Source: Candidatus Binataceae bacterium (GTDB lineage Bacteria > Desulfobacterota > Binatia > Binatales > Binataceae). Taken from it: a DNA stretch of 46,820 nucleotides. Positions 38,275 through 46,820 of the stretch are shown in pieces; within the stretch, counting starts at the first letter, position 1, and each line of letters starts with the position of its first letter. The stretch lies in assembly GCA_035502655.1 (NCBI GenBank), contig DATJUF010000202.1:1-46820 (forward strand), given 5' to 3'. Position numbers and translations under genes: made by a program. The notes under the pieces are model-generated. The model saw nothing but the letters and a program-made list of their open reading frames with translations. It had not been told where the DNA came from and made no database searches.

Positions 38275-41200
38275 TCAGTATTGCTTGATAAGATTAACGG
38301 AGACATTGCTAGAGCCGTCGGCGTTCGCCGAGGTGGTAATCGAGAGCCAGCGGAGGATGTAATACTGAATCGAGATCATCCGGCCGGTGATAGATTGTGA
38401 TGCAGAAACGTAGGTATTGCGGCTGATATAGCGGCCGAAGCCGACTCCACCGTTGCCAGCTGCACCGTTGAAACTAAGGCCCAGGTTTTCGAGTCCGAGG
38501 CTGTTCGATAATGCCTGCCCGATAGTTGAAGCGGCGGCACCGGCTGCCATTTGCGCTGCCTCCTGCTGCAGCGACGCGCTTTGGTTCTGGCCGAGCGAAC
38601 CTGAAGTGGTGCCGAAAATCAACAGTGAAAGAATGTCGGACTGAGGTAGAGGCGGAGTGCTTTGAAGCTTAAGCTTGGGCTTACTGGCGAAGCCGGTGAC
38701 CAGTACGTCGACGGTGTACTGCGATACGGTGTATTGCGCGTCAATATTGAGGGACGGATTGATCTCTCGTCCACCGGTGAAAAGAATCTGGCCCGAGACC
38801 AGCGTGAAGGTATGGCCGTTGAAGCTAATCCATCCGCGAACCGTATTGATTTCGCCAATCAGGGTTAACGGGCCGAGGCGCTCCTTGATGGCCTCGATAT
38901 GACCAGCTAACTCGACCGTCGCGTCAGGGTGGCGAATCCAGCTATCGCGATGGACGATGATCGCGACGTTAATCGCAAGGTTACCGAAAAAGTTCGAAGT
39001 AGCGGCAGGAGCGCCGGCGATTTGACCAGTGCCCGCGGCAGGAGCGGACAGTGACGATGATTGGCCGGGGCGGATAACGACGATCGTTTCGTCAGGACGG
39101 TATTTGGTGGTGGTGAGAAATGCCAGATCAGGACGGACTGTTGCGTTGAGGACGCCGACACGTCCGGTAATATCGGGAAATTCAAGCGAACCGCGGAGAT
39201 GGAGCTCGCCGCCGAGCGTCGCCTGATAGCGCTCGGTGTGAATCGCAGGAAACTTCTGAATCGCAACTGTTAGATTGGCTGCACCAGGCGTGTAGTTGGT
39301 GAGCGCAACCGTGCCGCTGCCGGTAATCGAGCCCTCGCCTGCGTTGATCACGAAATCATCGAGAGTGAACAGTTCCGGCGTCATGCGCATTTGAGCGTGA
39401 GAATCCTTGATTTTCACGCCGAGCGGAATGATTTGGCCACCGAGGTTTTGCATCGCGGCAGTGCCGCTGGCAGAGGGGTGGAGGGGTGAGCCGCTAATAG
39501 CGAGGTCGAACATCAGTTGACCTGTCACATCCTTGATGGTTCGCGGTGGCGCAAGCGCGGCCAACCCGGCAAGTCGCAATCCGGCTGAATAAAGCTTCAG
39601 GGCAACATTGTTGCCGAGGTGTGCGTGGAAACCTCGCGCCCAGTTGACGGTAAGCGGCATGGTGCCGGTTAGGGTCATTTGATGGGTGCTATCCTGATAG
39701 AGGGCGAGGTCCACATCTGCGGTGCCCGGATTGTAACTGGTGAGAAGTTTAAGGTCGCCGATTCGTTGAGAATCCATCGCGAGGCCCTGGCCGGTGAGGC
39801 TTGCGCGGATGAGCGGTGCGGAGGCGGTGCCGGTTATCGAAATATGAGCGTCGAGCGTACCTGCTGGATGGTGTTTTGGCTGGAGCAGGGGCCGGATTAG
39901 CGCCAGGTCGAGATTGCGAGCGGTGACTGTGACGTTTTGCGGACCCGCGATTCGCATCGTGCCGTTGAATGCGAGCTCGCGCGAACCGTTGCGAACGTCA
40001 AAGGATTCAACCGAGATCGAGTGCGCTCCCGCAAGGAAATGGGCGGGTGCCGCAAGATGCCAGGGACCGTCGGGGGCGATCACGCTGAGCCGGGTTAAGG
40101 CGCCGCTGACATTGCCGTCCTGCTCGGCGAGATTAGCGGTGGCGATGTCCGGATTGCCTTGGGCGTCGATGAGGTTGAGGGAAAGCGTCAGCGCCAGCGG
40201 TTTCTGGCGCGTGATTCTTGTGGCGGCGTCGAGCACGCGGATACGGGTCGTGCCAAAGCTAAGATTGGCGGCGCCGATTTGTGCACGTCCGAGCGGAAGT
40301 CCGCTCTGCCCTATCCGGCTAAGATCGTAGCTAATCGAGACGTTCGCGGCTGTCATACCGTTGAGATTGAGATTGTCCGCGGTGGCGCTGCCCTGCGCAT
40401 GCAAGTTCGGGGAATTGGCGCCAAATATCACGCCTTGCGCTGTGCCGTTGAGATTGAGGCTGCCGTCACCTTTGAACTGCGCCAGTTGCAGGAGCGGAGC
40501 GAGACGTTGTGCACGCATGCTGTAGCCAAGGCGAGTCTCAGTACGACGGGTGAGGCCGATGTCTCCGTGAGCGGTGAGAGTAGCAGCAGCGGCTGTGAGT
40601 TTCGCCTGCGCGAGACTAACCACTCCATTATGCAGCCGGGCATCTACTATCCCGTCACTAATTGTGACATTCTGAAGCGAGCTGCGCGAGAGCGTTAATA
40701 ACACATGCGCGCCGATATACGGGAGATCCAGTTTTGCGGGATCGATGCGTGGCGCGGCGAGTTTCAGCTTGCCGTTCAGATCGGACTTCTGCGAACGCGA
40801 GCCAGTGAACGTTTGGAGATCGAGATGGCGGACGGCGACTTGCGTTTGCACGCTGGGTGTAAGGAAATTGACGGCCGCCGCATCCGCGGTGATTGTGCTC
40901 GATCCGTTGATAATCGCCGCGGCGAGATACGCGCGGCCGTTCTTGGCGTTGGCGTCAATATTGACGTTGCCGGCGCGAAGATTATTGATGACAAGAGCGC
41001 GGACATCAGCTTTTACAGTAGCGTTGAGAGCAGCGTTAAGCGCGGAAAGCTGAATGCCTTGCCCTTTAACCTGCACGGACGTATCGAGCTGGCCGGCCAG
41101 CTTAAGGCCGAGGACGAGGCGTGCAAGATCGAGATGGGTTACTGTCAACTTGCCGTTGTAGACGGGTTGCTTTGGATGCGCCAGGCTGACGTCAGCGGCC

Positions 41201-42111
41201 AAGGCGGCATTGGCTCGCCCAGCGAATAGATCGATCACGACGTGGAGCGCGCCGATGGAGCCGTTGACATTGATAGAACCTGTGACATTTTCCCGCAGTG
41301 GATAATTCTTGATCCAGCTTAAGTCGCGGGCGGCGAGCCTGGCGATCGTGACATGCAGGCTGACTGCCGGCGATTGCAGATCGCGTACTGTAGCGGTGGC
41401 TGAGAGCGCGGAAGCCTGAGTCGTGAGATTGAGGCTGGCGAGCTGAATCGTGGCCGGCTGGGAGGAGCCGTCATAGGAGGCCACAAGCGTAATGTCTGCA
41501 GGTGGGAGATTAGGCAGTGTCAGGTGCGCGGAAAACCTGCGGACGTTGAGCCTGACACCAGAACTGGGCAATTCGGCCTGCGCGTCGAGATTAGCAGCGC
41601 TGGCTTGATAGATCGGCCCGCTGAGTCCTGCGGGTGCAAGATCGATAGAGCCGCCGCTCAAGCTGAGGGCGGTTAGCCCCACAGTGTAGGCGGACGGTCC
41701 GCTCGTTGAAGGAGTGGCCGGCTGTAGAGCCTCGGCGAGATCCCACTTGCCTTGGGCATTACGTGCGACACGGATCTGCGGACGATCCACCGCGACAGTA
41801 AGAACAATCTGATGCCACAGGAGTGGCATCAGTGAGTAGCCAATTTCAACAACCGGCGCGCCCACAAGCTCGCGGCCGTGATACGTGATTACAAAATTGT
41901 AAAGATCGACCCGGCCGATGCGTGAAGCCTGAATGCCTCCGATAGTGATTTGGCCGTGAAAGCGCCCGCTCAAGACGCTGTTAACTTCCCGCTTGAGCAG
42001 TTGATTGAAGGAAGCCGTGCGGATGTAAATCATCAGGGCGGCGAGAATCACCACGAAAATCGCCAGCAGGCCGGCCAACACCCGCAATAAGGATCGGAGT
42101 GCGGCTCTCAT
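38275..42111 (-). CDS. tamB: Translocation and assembly module protein TamB (AsmA-like, DUF490 C-terminus)
   Basis: 1278 aa with a single N-terminal anchor (LLRVLAGLLAIFVVILAALMIYI), a long beta-rich, Ala/Gly/Asn/Thr-rich repetitive body, and a C-terminal DUF490-like segment (GRYISRNTYVSASQSI...). It lies 51 nt downstream of an Omp85-family gene. Confidence 0.85.
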   Translation of the reverse strand: MRAALRSLLRVLAGLLAIFVVILAALMIYIRTASFNQLLKREVNSVLSGRFHGQITIGGIQASRIGRVDLYNFVITYHGRELVGAPVVEIGYSLMPLLWHQIVLTVAVDRPQIRVARNAQGKWDLAEALQPATPSTSGPSAYTVGLTALSLSGGSIDLAPAGLSGPIYQASAANLDAQAELPSSGVRLNVRRFSAHLTLPNLPPADITLVASYDGSSQPATIQLASLNLTTQASALSATATVRDLQSPAVSLHVTIARLAARDLSWIKNYPLRENVTGSINVNGSIGALHVVIDLFAGRANAALAADVSLAHPKQPVYNGKLTVTHLDLARLVLGLKLAGQLDTSVQVKGQGIQLSALNAALNATVKADVRALVINNLRAGNVNIDANAKNGRAYLAAAIINGSSTITADAAAVNFLTPSVQTQVAVRHLDLQTFTGSRSQKSDLNGKLKLAAPRIDPAKLDLPYIGAHVLLTLSRSSLQNVTISDGIVDARLHNGVVSLAQAKLTAAAATLTAHGDIGLTRRTETRLGYSMRAQRLAPLLQLAQFKGDGSLNLNGTAQGVIFGANSPNLHAQGSATADNLNLNGMTAANVSISYDLSRIGQSGLPLGRAQIGAANLSFGTTRIRVLDAATRITRQKPLALTLSLNLIDAQGNPDIATANLAEQDGNVSGALTRLSVIAPDGPWHLAAPAHFLAGAHSISVESFDVRNGSRELAFNGTMRIAGPQNVTVTARNLDLALIRPLLQPKHHPAGTLDAHISITGTASAPLIRASLTGQGLAMDSQRIGDLKLLTSYNPGTADVDLALYQDSTHQMTLTGTMPLTVNWARGFHAHLGNNVALKLYSAGLRLAGLAALAPPRTIKDVTGQLMFDLAISGSPLHPSASGTAAMQNLGGQIIPLGVKIKDSHAQMRMTPELFTLDDFVINAGEGSITGSGTVALTNYTPGAANLTVAIQKFPAIHTERYQATLGGELHLRGSLEFPDITGRVGVLNATVRPDLAFLTTTKYRPDETIVVIRPGQSSSLSAPAAGTGQIAGAPAATSNFFGNLAINVAIIVHRDSWIRHPDATVELAGHIEAIKERLGPLTLIGEINTVRGWISFNGHTFTLVSGQILFTGGREINPSLNIDAQYTVSQYTVDVLVTGFASKPKLKLQSTPPLPQSDILSLLIFGTTSGSLGQNQSASLQQEAAQMAAGAAASTIGQALSNSLGLENLGLSFNGAAGNGGVGFGRYISRNTYVSASQSITGRMISIQYYILRWLSITTSANADGSSNVSVNLIKQY

Positions 42112-42162
42112 GGTCAGGCAAGCGCGAAACGCAAGCGTCGCAGGCAGTAGTTCATGTAGAGT

Positions 42163-44034
42163 TTAGAAAAACGGGCCGATGGTGAAATAAAACTGGTAAC
42201 CAGGATCGCCGTGCGGAGGTTTGGTTGGGAAACCGACGTACACATTCGCCGGGCCAACTGGCGTGTTGAGGCCGACCGAGGGCCCATAGCCGCATTGAAA
42301 AGCGTCAACGGGAAGGTCGAAGCTATGGGTTGAGACCTGGCCGCAATCAAAGAAAACGGAGCCAGAGAGCTTCCATACAAGTGGATGGCGCAGTTCAACC
42401 GAGGTTTCGATCAAGCTGAGACCGCCGAGTGGATCGTTCCCGAGGCTGAGCGGTCCAATGCGCCGGAGCCCATAACCGCGCACGCTGGCAGGACCGCCAG
42501 AATAAAAGCGCTCTGACAGCGGAACATCGCCGATTTTGCCGTTGAGTGTGTCCTCGAGGCCCACCTTGAGACGCATCGCTAGAATTGTTTTGCTGCCGAG
42601 CGGCTGGTATTTGCGCGCCTCGCTTACGACTCGCCAATAGCGATAATCCGCGCCAAGGGAATGATCACTGAAATTGCCGCTGAGCGAAAGAAGCTCTCCG
42701 TGTTGCGGGTTGAGAATGTCCCCAGTATTGTTGAAATTCAAGCCGGCATCCGGACCGGAGAGAATGCCGTCACGGCGGAATCCGCCGATTGCATCGATAG
42801 TCGTGGGATTGACCTGGTTGAACTTGAGATATTCGAGGCGATAGCCGAGCGTGCCCTGCAACGATGGGGTGAAAGTGTACATGAGGTGCGGATCGAAGCG
42901 CGGAGCGTTGAGCATATAGGTCTGGTAAGACTCCTGATACTGCGATGCTTCAAGAATCAGGCGCGCGTCGCGCGAAAAGAAATACGGCTGGATGAGCTGG
43001 ACATCGGCGGCAGCAGTGATTTCTGAATAGGTACCGGTTACCAGGAGCTGGCGTCCGTCGCCAAGAAAGTTGTAATCGTTCCACGTAAGTTGGCCGTTGA
43101 GCTCGGTTATGGTGTTGTAGCCCAGCGCAAGGTTGAGGCTGTGTTTGGGCTTTTCCTGCACGGCAATCGTGATCGGCACGACATGCGGATCACTAGGATT
43201 ACTGCCAACTTTAAATTCGACAGCGCTGAAGAGATTCAGATTCAGAATAGCGGCCCGCGACTTTTCGATCTCGCGAACGTCGAATGGCTGGCCCGCGCTG
43301 TAGCTGAGTTCGCGCAGCACGATACGCGGGTTGACCTTATGGGTGCCGGTGACGGCGGTGCGTCCGAAGACGGCATGCGCGTGCGGTGTGACCGCATACC
43401 ATGCCTGCGCAAGCCGCGGGCCGGTACGCACCACTGCATGGCGCTTGACCTCGGGATGAGGGTAGCCGTGCTGGCGATAGATACTAATCAGGTCCTGCTC
43501 GCTGGCTTGATAATGCGATTCGGTGAAGATCTGGCCCGGCTTGAGCGGCAGACTGAAACCGGGCTCGAAAGCTTGCGGGGATGGGGCCGGGCTCGCCACC
43601 TCAACCGAAACTGAATCGATCTTGACCGGATGGCCTTCGCGAATCGTGATCTGCGGCGTAATCAAGCCGCCGTGGACTCCTAAATCATAACTGATATGTG
43701 CATCGTAGTAGCCCTGCGATTGATAGAAAAGCTGGAGTTGTTTGAGATCGCTGGTGAAAGTCTCGGCGTCGAAGACCGGCCGCTTTTTCCAGATTTCGTA
43801 GAATGGACGAGTCTTGGTCGTCATGACAGCTTCGAGGCTGCCGTCAGAAAAAATCTTGTTACCACGAAACTCAATTGCGGCGACCCGATAAGTGCGCGAT
43901 GGCTCGAGCGCGCCGAGCGTTAGTGCATCCGCTTTGGAAACGCCGAGCAGGGTCAACAAAAAGAGTGAAAGAAGGAACGCGATACACGTGCCAAGGCGCG
44001 AGCATGGCCGCAAGTCGTTGCTGGCAGCAAGCAT
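42163..44034 (-). CDS. tamA: Omp85-family outer membrane protein TamA (POTRA domains + surface-antigen beta-barrel)
   Basis: 623 aa with a signal peptide (IAFLLSLFLLTLLGVSKADA), POTRA-like repeats, a barrel with RFYSGGPASVRGY and a terminal aromatic (...YFTIGPFF). It is paired with tamB. Confidence 0.85.
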   Translation of the reverse strand: MLAASNDLRPCSRLGTCIAFLLSLFLLTLLGVSKADALTLGALEPSRTYRVAAIEFRGNKIFSDGSLEAVMTTKTRPFYEIWKKRPVFDAETFTSDLKQLQLFYQSQGYYDAHISYDLGVHGGLITPQITIREGHPVKIDSVSVEVASPAPSPQAFEPGFSLPLKPGQIFTESHYQASEQDLISIYRQHGYPHPEVKRHAVVRTGPRLAQAWYAVTPHAHAVFGRTAVTGTHKVNPRIVLRELSYSAGQPFDVREIEKSRAAILNLNLFSAVEFKVGSNPSDPHVVPITIAVQEKPKHSLNLALGYNTITELNGQLTWNDYNFLGDGRQLLVTGTYSEITAAADVQLIQPYFFSRDARLILEASQYQESYQTYMLNAPRFDPHLMYTFTPSLQGTLGYRLEYLKFNQVNPTTIDAIGGFRRDGILSGPDAGLNFNNTGDILNPQHGELLSLSGNFSDHSLGADYRYWRVVSEARKYQPLGSKTILAMRLKVGLEDTLNGKIGDVPLSERFYSGGPASVRGYGLRRIGPLSLGNDPLGGLSLIETSVELRHPLVWKLSGSVFFDCGQVSTHSFDLPVDAFQCGYGPSVGLNTPVGPANVYVGFPTKPPHGDPGYQFYFTIGPFF

Positions 44035-44503
44035 CTCACCGCCATAGTTAACTTAGTGGAGGTTTCGATACGAGTGATCTTTATCGAATTGCGATGCCCT
44101 GCCGCACAGTTGCGCCTTCTCTTTTCCTCGCGGGCCGAGCTTCCGGTAGCGAATAGTGAAAATTCCAACAGGTTCCCGGAATCGATCCAGCGGCCTGCAT
44201 CGAGAAGACGGGCGTTACAAGCGTTACGCGCGTGTTCTTCCCTGCGCCGATGATGGATAAGGCCGCCGACGCCTGTTATCGAAAGCGGCCAAACCTCTAT
44301 CGGGCTGAAGCGGGGGCTTGAGAAAGCGGCGGGGGTGAGGCAGTCTCCAGTCAAGATAGGCAGAGCGAGGCCTGCGGACGCGAGTCAGCGAGCCGGCCGC
44401 CTTAAGAATCTGTAGGGTAGTGGTGGCAACGCTGAGCCGATCGGCCGCCCGGCCAGTCCGAAAGCGCCAGGGCGCCGCAATTATTGATACGGAGGAATGA
44501 AGC

Positions 44504-45796
44504 GTGAGCTGGGATTTTGAAACCGAACCTGAATTTCAGGCCAAACTGGACTGGATTGATAAATTCGTGCGGACGGAAGTCGAACCGCTCGACTACGTAT
44601 TGAACTCGCCGTACGACGTCAAAGACCCGAAGCGCAATAAGTTGGTGCGTCCGCTGCAGGAAGAGGTGCGAAAGCAGAAGCTGTGGGCATGCCATCTCGA
44701 GCCGGAGCTTGGCGGACAGGGTTACGGCCAGGTGAAGCTCGCGCTGATGAATGAGATTCTCGGGCGCTCGCGTTTTGCGCCAACCGTGTTTGGATGCCAG
44801 GCGCCTGATACTGGCAACAGCGAAATCCTCGCGAAATACGGCACGCCGGAGCAGAAGAAACAGTATCTCGAACCGCTGCTGAGGAATGAGATCGTCTCGT
44901 GCTTCTCGATGACCGAGCCGCAGGGTGGTGCCGACCCTAAGGTCTTCGCGACCAAAGCAGAATTGAAGGGCGACAACTGGGTAATCAACGGCGAGAAATG
45001 GTTCTCGTCGAACGCCAACTACTCCTCTTTCCTGATTGTAATGGCGGTGACGGATCCCGATGCTGCGCCGTATAGCCGGCTATCGACGTTCATCGTGCCG
45101 GCGAATGCCGAAGGAGTGAATATCGTGCGCAGCGTCGGCGTGGGGCAGGAGCCTGGGGGAACGCATGGCTACGTGCGCTACCATGACGTGACGATCCCCA
45201 AGGACCATCTGCTGGGACCACGCGGAGGCGGTTTCATCGTGGCGCAGACGCGGCTCGGCGGCGGGCGAATTCATCATGCGATGCGGACGATCGGGCAAGT
45301 GCGCAAAGCCTTCGACCTGATGTGTGAGCGCGTGCTTTCGCGGACGACGCAGGGATCGCTGCTGGCTGACAAGCAGATGGTGCAGGAGAAGATCGCGGAT
45401 TCGTGGATCGATATCGAGCAGTTTCGCTTGCTGGTGCTGCGGACGGCGTGGCGGATCGATCGCTATAAAGACTATTTGAAGGTGCGCAAGGACATCGCGG
45501 CGGTGAAAGCACAGATGCCGAAGGTGTTCCATGACGTAGCAGTGCGCGCGCTGCAAATCCATGGCTCGCTGGGCGTGACGAGCGAGATGCCGTTCGTCGA
45601 GCAAGTGATGGAAAGCTTCGTAATGGGACTGGCGGACGGGCCGACGGAAGTCCATAAAGTTACGCTAGCGCGGCAGATATTGCGCGATTATAAAGGAACC
45701 AAGACATTGTTCCCGAGCGGGCACATTCCGGCACTGCGCGAAGCTGCGATCAAAAAGTATGCGGACGTGATCGAATTTGCGGTGGCAGCACAATGA
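44504..45796 (+). CDS. Acyl-CoA dehydrogenase family protein
   Basis: 430 aa. The GTG start lies 7 nt after GGAGGA. Motifs include CFSMTEPQGGADP, INGEKWFSS and the C-terminal GPTEVHKVTLAR. Its stop overlaps the next gene (ATGA). Confidence 0.88.
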   Translation: MSWDFETEPEFQAKLDWIDKFVRTEVEPLDYVLNSPYDVKDPKRNKLVRPLQEEVRKQKLWACHLEPELGGQGYGQVKLALMNEILGRSRFAPTVFGCQAPDTGNSEILAKYGTPEQKKQYLEPLLRNEIVSCFSMTEPQGGADPKVFATKAELKGDNWVINGEKWFSSNANYSSFLIVMAVTDPDAAPYSRLSTFIVPANAEGVNIVRSVGVGQEPGGTHGYVRYHDVTIPKDHLLGPRGGGFIVAQTRLGGGRIHHAMRTIGQVRKAFDLMCERVLSRTTQGSLLADKQMVQEKIADSWIDIEQFRLLVLRTAWRIDRYKDYLKVRKDIAAVKAQMPKVFHDVAVRALQIHGSLGVTSEMPFVEQVMESFVMGLADGPTEVHKVTLARQILRDYKGTKTLFPSGHIPALREAAIKKYADVIEFAVAAQ

Positions 45797-46590
45797 CTAT
45801 TCCTGACATCAAATTCGATTTCAGCGGCAAGGTCGTAGTGATTACCGGCGGCAGCCGAGGGATCGGTCATGCGATGGCGCTGGGGTTCGGAAAGGCGGGG
45901 GCTAATCTTGCGATCGCGAGCAGGAAAATCGATTCGTGCGAAGCCGCGGTCAAGGAACTGCGGGCGCTTGGCGCCAACGGCTCGGCGCACGGAATACACG
46001 TCGGCAAGTGGGCAGACTGCGATCGGCTGTTCGAGGAAGTCTATGCACGCTGGGGGCGGGCGGATGTACTAATCAATAATGCCGGATTGTCACCGATAGC
46101 GCCATCGTCGCTGGAGACGAGTGAGGATCTATTCGACAAGGTTATTGCCGTAAACCTTAGAGGCCCCTTCCGGTTAACCTCATTGTTTGCGACGCAGATG
46201 ATTAAGGACGGCGGCGGAGCGATTATCAATATTTCGTCCACTTCATCGATTCGGCCGGAGCCGGAAACGACGCCGTATGCAGCGGCAAAGGCCGGGCTGA
46301 ATATCATGACTGTGGGATTGGCGCAGGAATACGGCCCGCTTGTACGTGTGAACTGTATCATGTGCGGCCCGTTCCATACGGATATCAGCAAGGGTTGGTC
46401 GCGGACCGATGATTATACGCGGCGGGCGAAGGAGACTTTTCCGCTGCAACGTGCGGGGGAGCCGGAAGAGGCCGTGGGCGCAGCGCTTTATTTCGCGAGT
46501 CCGTTGGCGAGTTTCACCACTGGAGCGGTGTTGAAGATTGATGGAGGCACGTCACATCCGCTGCAACACCGCGTATATGAAGAAAGGTAA
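45793..46590 (+). CDS. Short-chain dehydrogenase/reductase (SDR) family oxidoreductase
   Basis: Cofactor motif TGGSRGIGHA, NNAG and the catalytic YAAAKAG (YxxxK). 265 aa. Confidence 0.9.
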   Translation: MTIPDIKFDFSGKVVVITGGSRGIGHAMALGFGKAGANLAIASRKIDSCEAAVKELRALGANGSAHGIHVGKWADCDRLFEEVYARWGRADVLINNAGLSPIAPSSLETSEDLFDKVIAVNLRGPFRLTSLFATQMIKDGGGAIINISSTSSIRPEPETTPYAAAKAGLNIMTVGLAQEYGPLVRVNCIMCGPFHTDISKGWSRTDDYTRRAKETFPLQRAGEPEEAVGAALYFASPLASFTTGAVLKIDGGTSHPLQHRVYEER

Positions 46591-46656
46591 ATTCGAGTAT
46601 CAGACACTTCGCCAATCGAACGCTGTAAGCATCGAAAGGGATCGCGGAGGCAACGC

Positions 46657-46820
46657 CTAATCCAATGCAGATTTGTACAACGCGGCAAGTTCGCTTCGCC
46701 GAATCTTGCCTGTGGCACTTTTGGGTAATGCCGAGGCGATCCAAATCCTCTTCGGCGTTTTGAAGTCCGCCAGGTGCTCACGGCAGAAGGCCTTAAGGCT
46801 GTCCGGATCGGCGGCGCCCT
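46657..46820 (-). CDS. C-terminal end of an AMP-dependent acyl-CoA synthetase/ligase (partial, runs off the window)
   Basis: Hand translation of the minus strand gives ...AADPDSLKAFCREHLADFKTPKRIWIASALPKSATGKIRRSELAALYKSALD*. This is the typical AMP-binding C-terminal subdomain with the catalytic Lys in GKI. The stop TAG is at 46659-46657. Confidence 0.75.
   Translation of the reverse strand, partial: GAADPDSLKAFCREHLADFKTPKRIWIASALPKSATGKIRRSELAALYKSALD

Overview
Dense, GC-rich chromosomal segment (GC judged by eye, not computed) from a diderm bacterium. I support 34 complete protein genes, one partial gene and one tRNA.

Gene order, left to right:
- mdtABC-type RND efflux operon (adaptor plus two tandem RND pumps), then tRNA-Arg(ACG).
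- Minus-strand phosphate module pstC-pstA-pstB-phoU-phoB-phoR, with no pstS in the window.
- yraN-serS, then gatCAB.
- A secreted protein made of two recently duplicated type-1-copper (cupredoxin) domains.
- A catabolic-looking minus-strand block: acyl-CoA dehydrogenase, amidohydrolase_2 and Zn-alcohol dehydrogenase. At its head is an excisionase-type HTH fused to a citrate-synthase-like domain, divergent from an LLM flavin/F420 oxidoreductase.
- ino1 (inositol-3-phosphate synthase) and coaBC.
- A second acyl-CoA module: ACAD-fold flavoprotein, two family III CoA-transferases and an orphan MaoC_N hotdog protein.
- An EmrB-like MFS pump, an ABCD/YddA-type ABC half-transporter, and tamA-tamB.
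- An acyl-CoA dehydrogenase plus SDR, and the 3' end of an acyl-CoA synthetase.

I saw no CRISPR array, transposase, integrase, phage gene or recognisable defence gene. I cannot honestly point to a clear new multi-gene system.

The most unusual items are:
- the HTH::citrate-synthase-like fusion, which keeps the catalytic residues;
- the tandem cupredoxin;
- the orphan MaoC_N protein between two CoA-transferases;
- a PhoR whose two transmembrane helices lie upstream of any canonical start codon;
- a Pho-box-like 11-nt-period repeat before pstC;
- a gene-conversion-like tract shared by mdtB and mdtC;
- several long ORF-free spacers carrying repeats or hairpins.

All family assignments come from reading motifs by eye. 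No database search was run.
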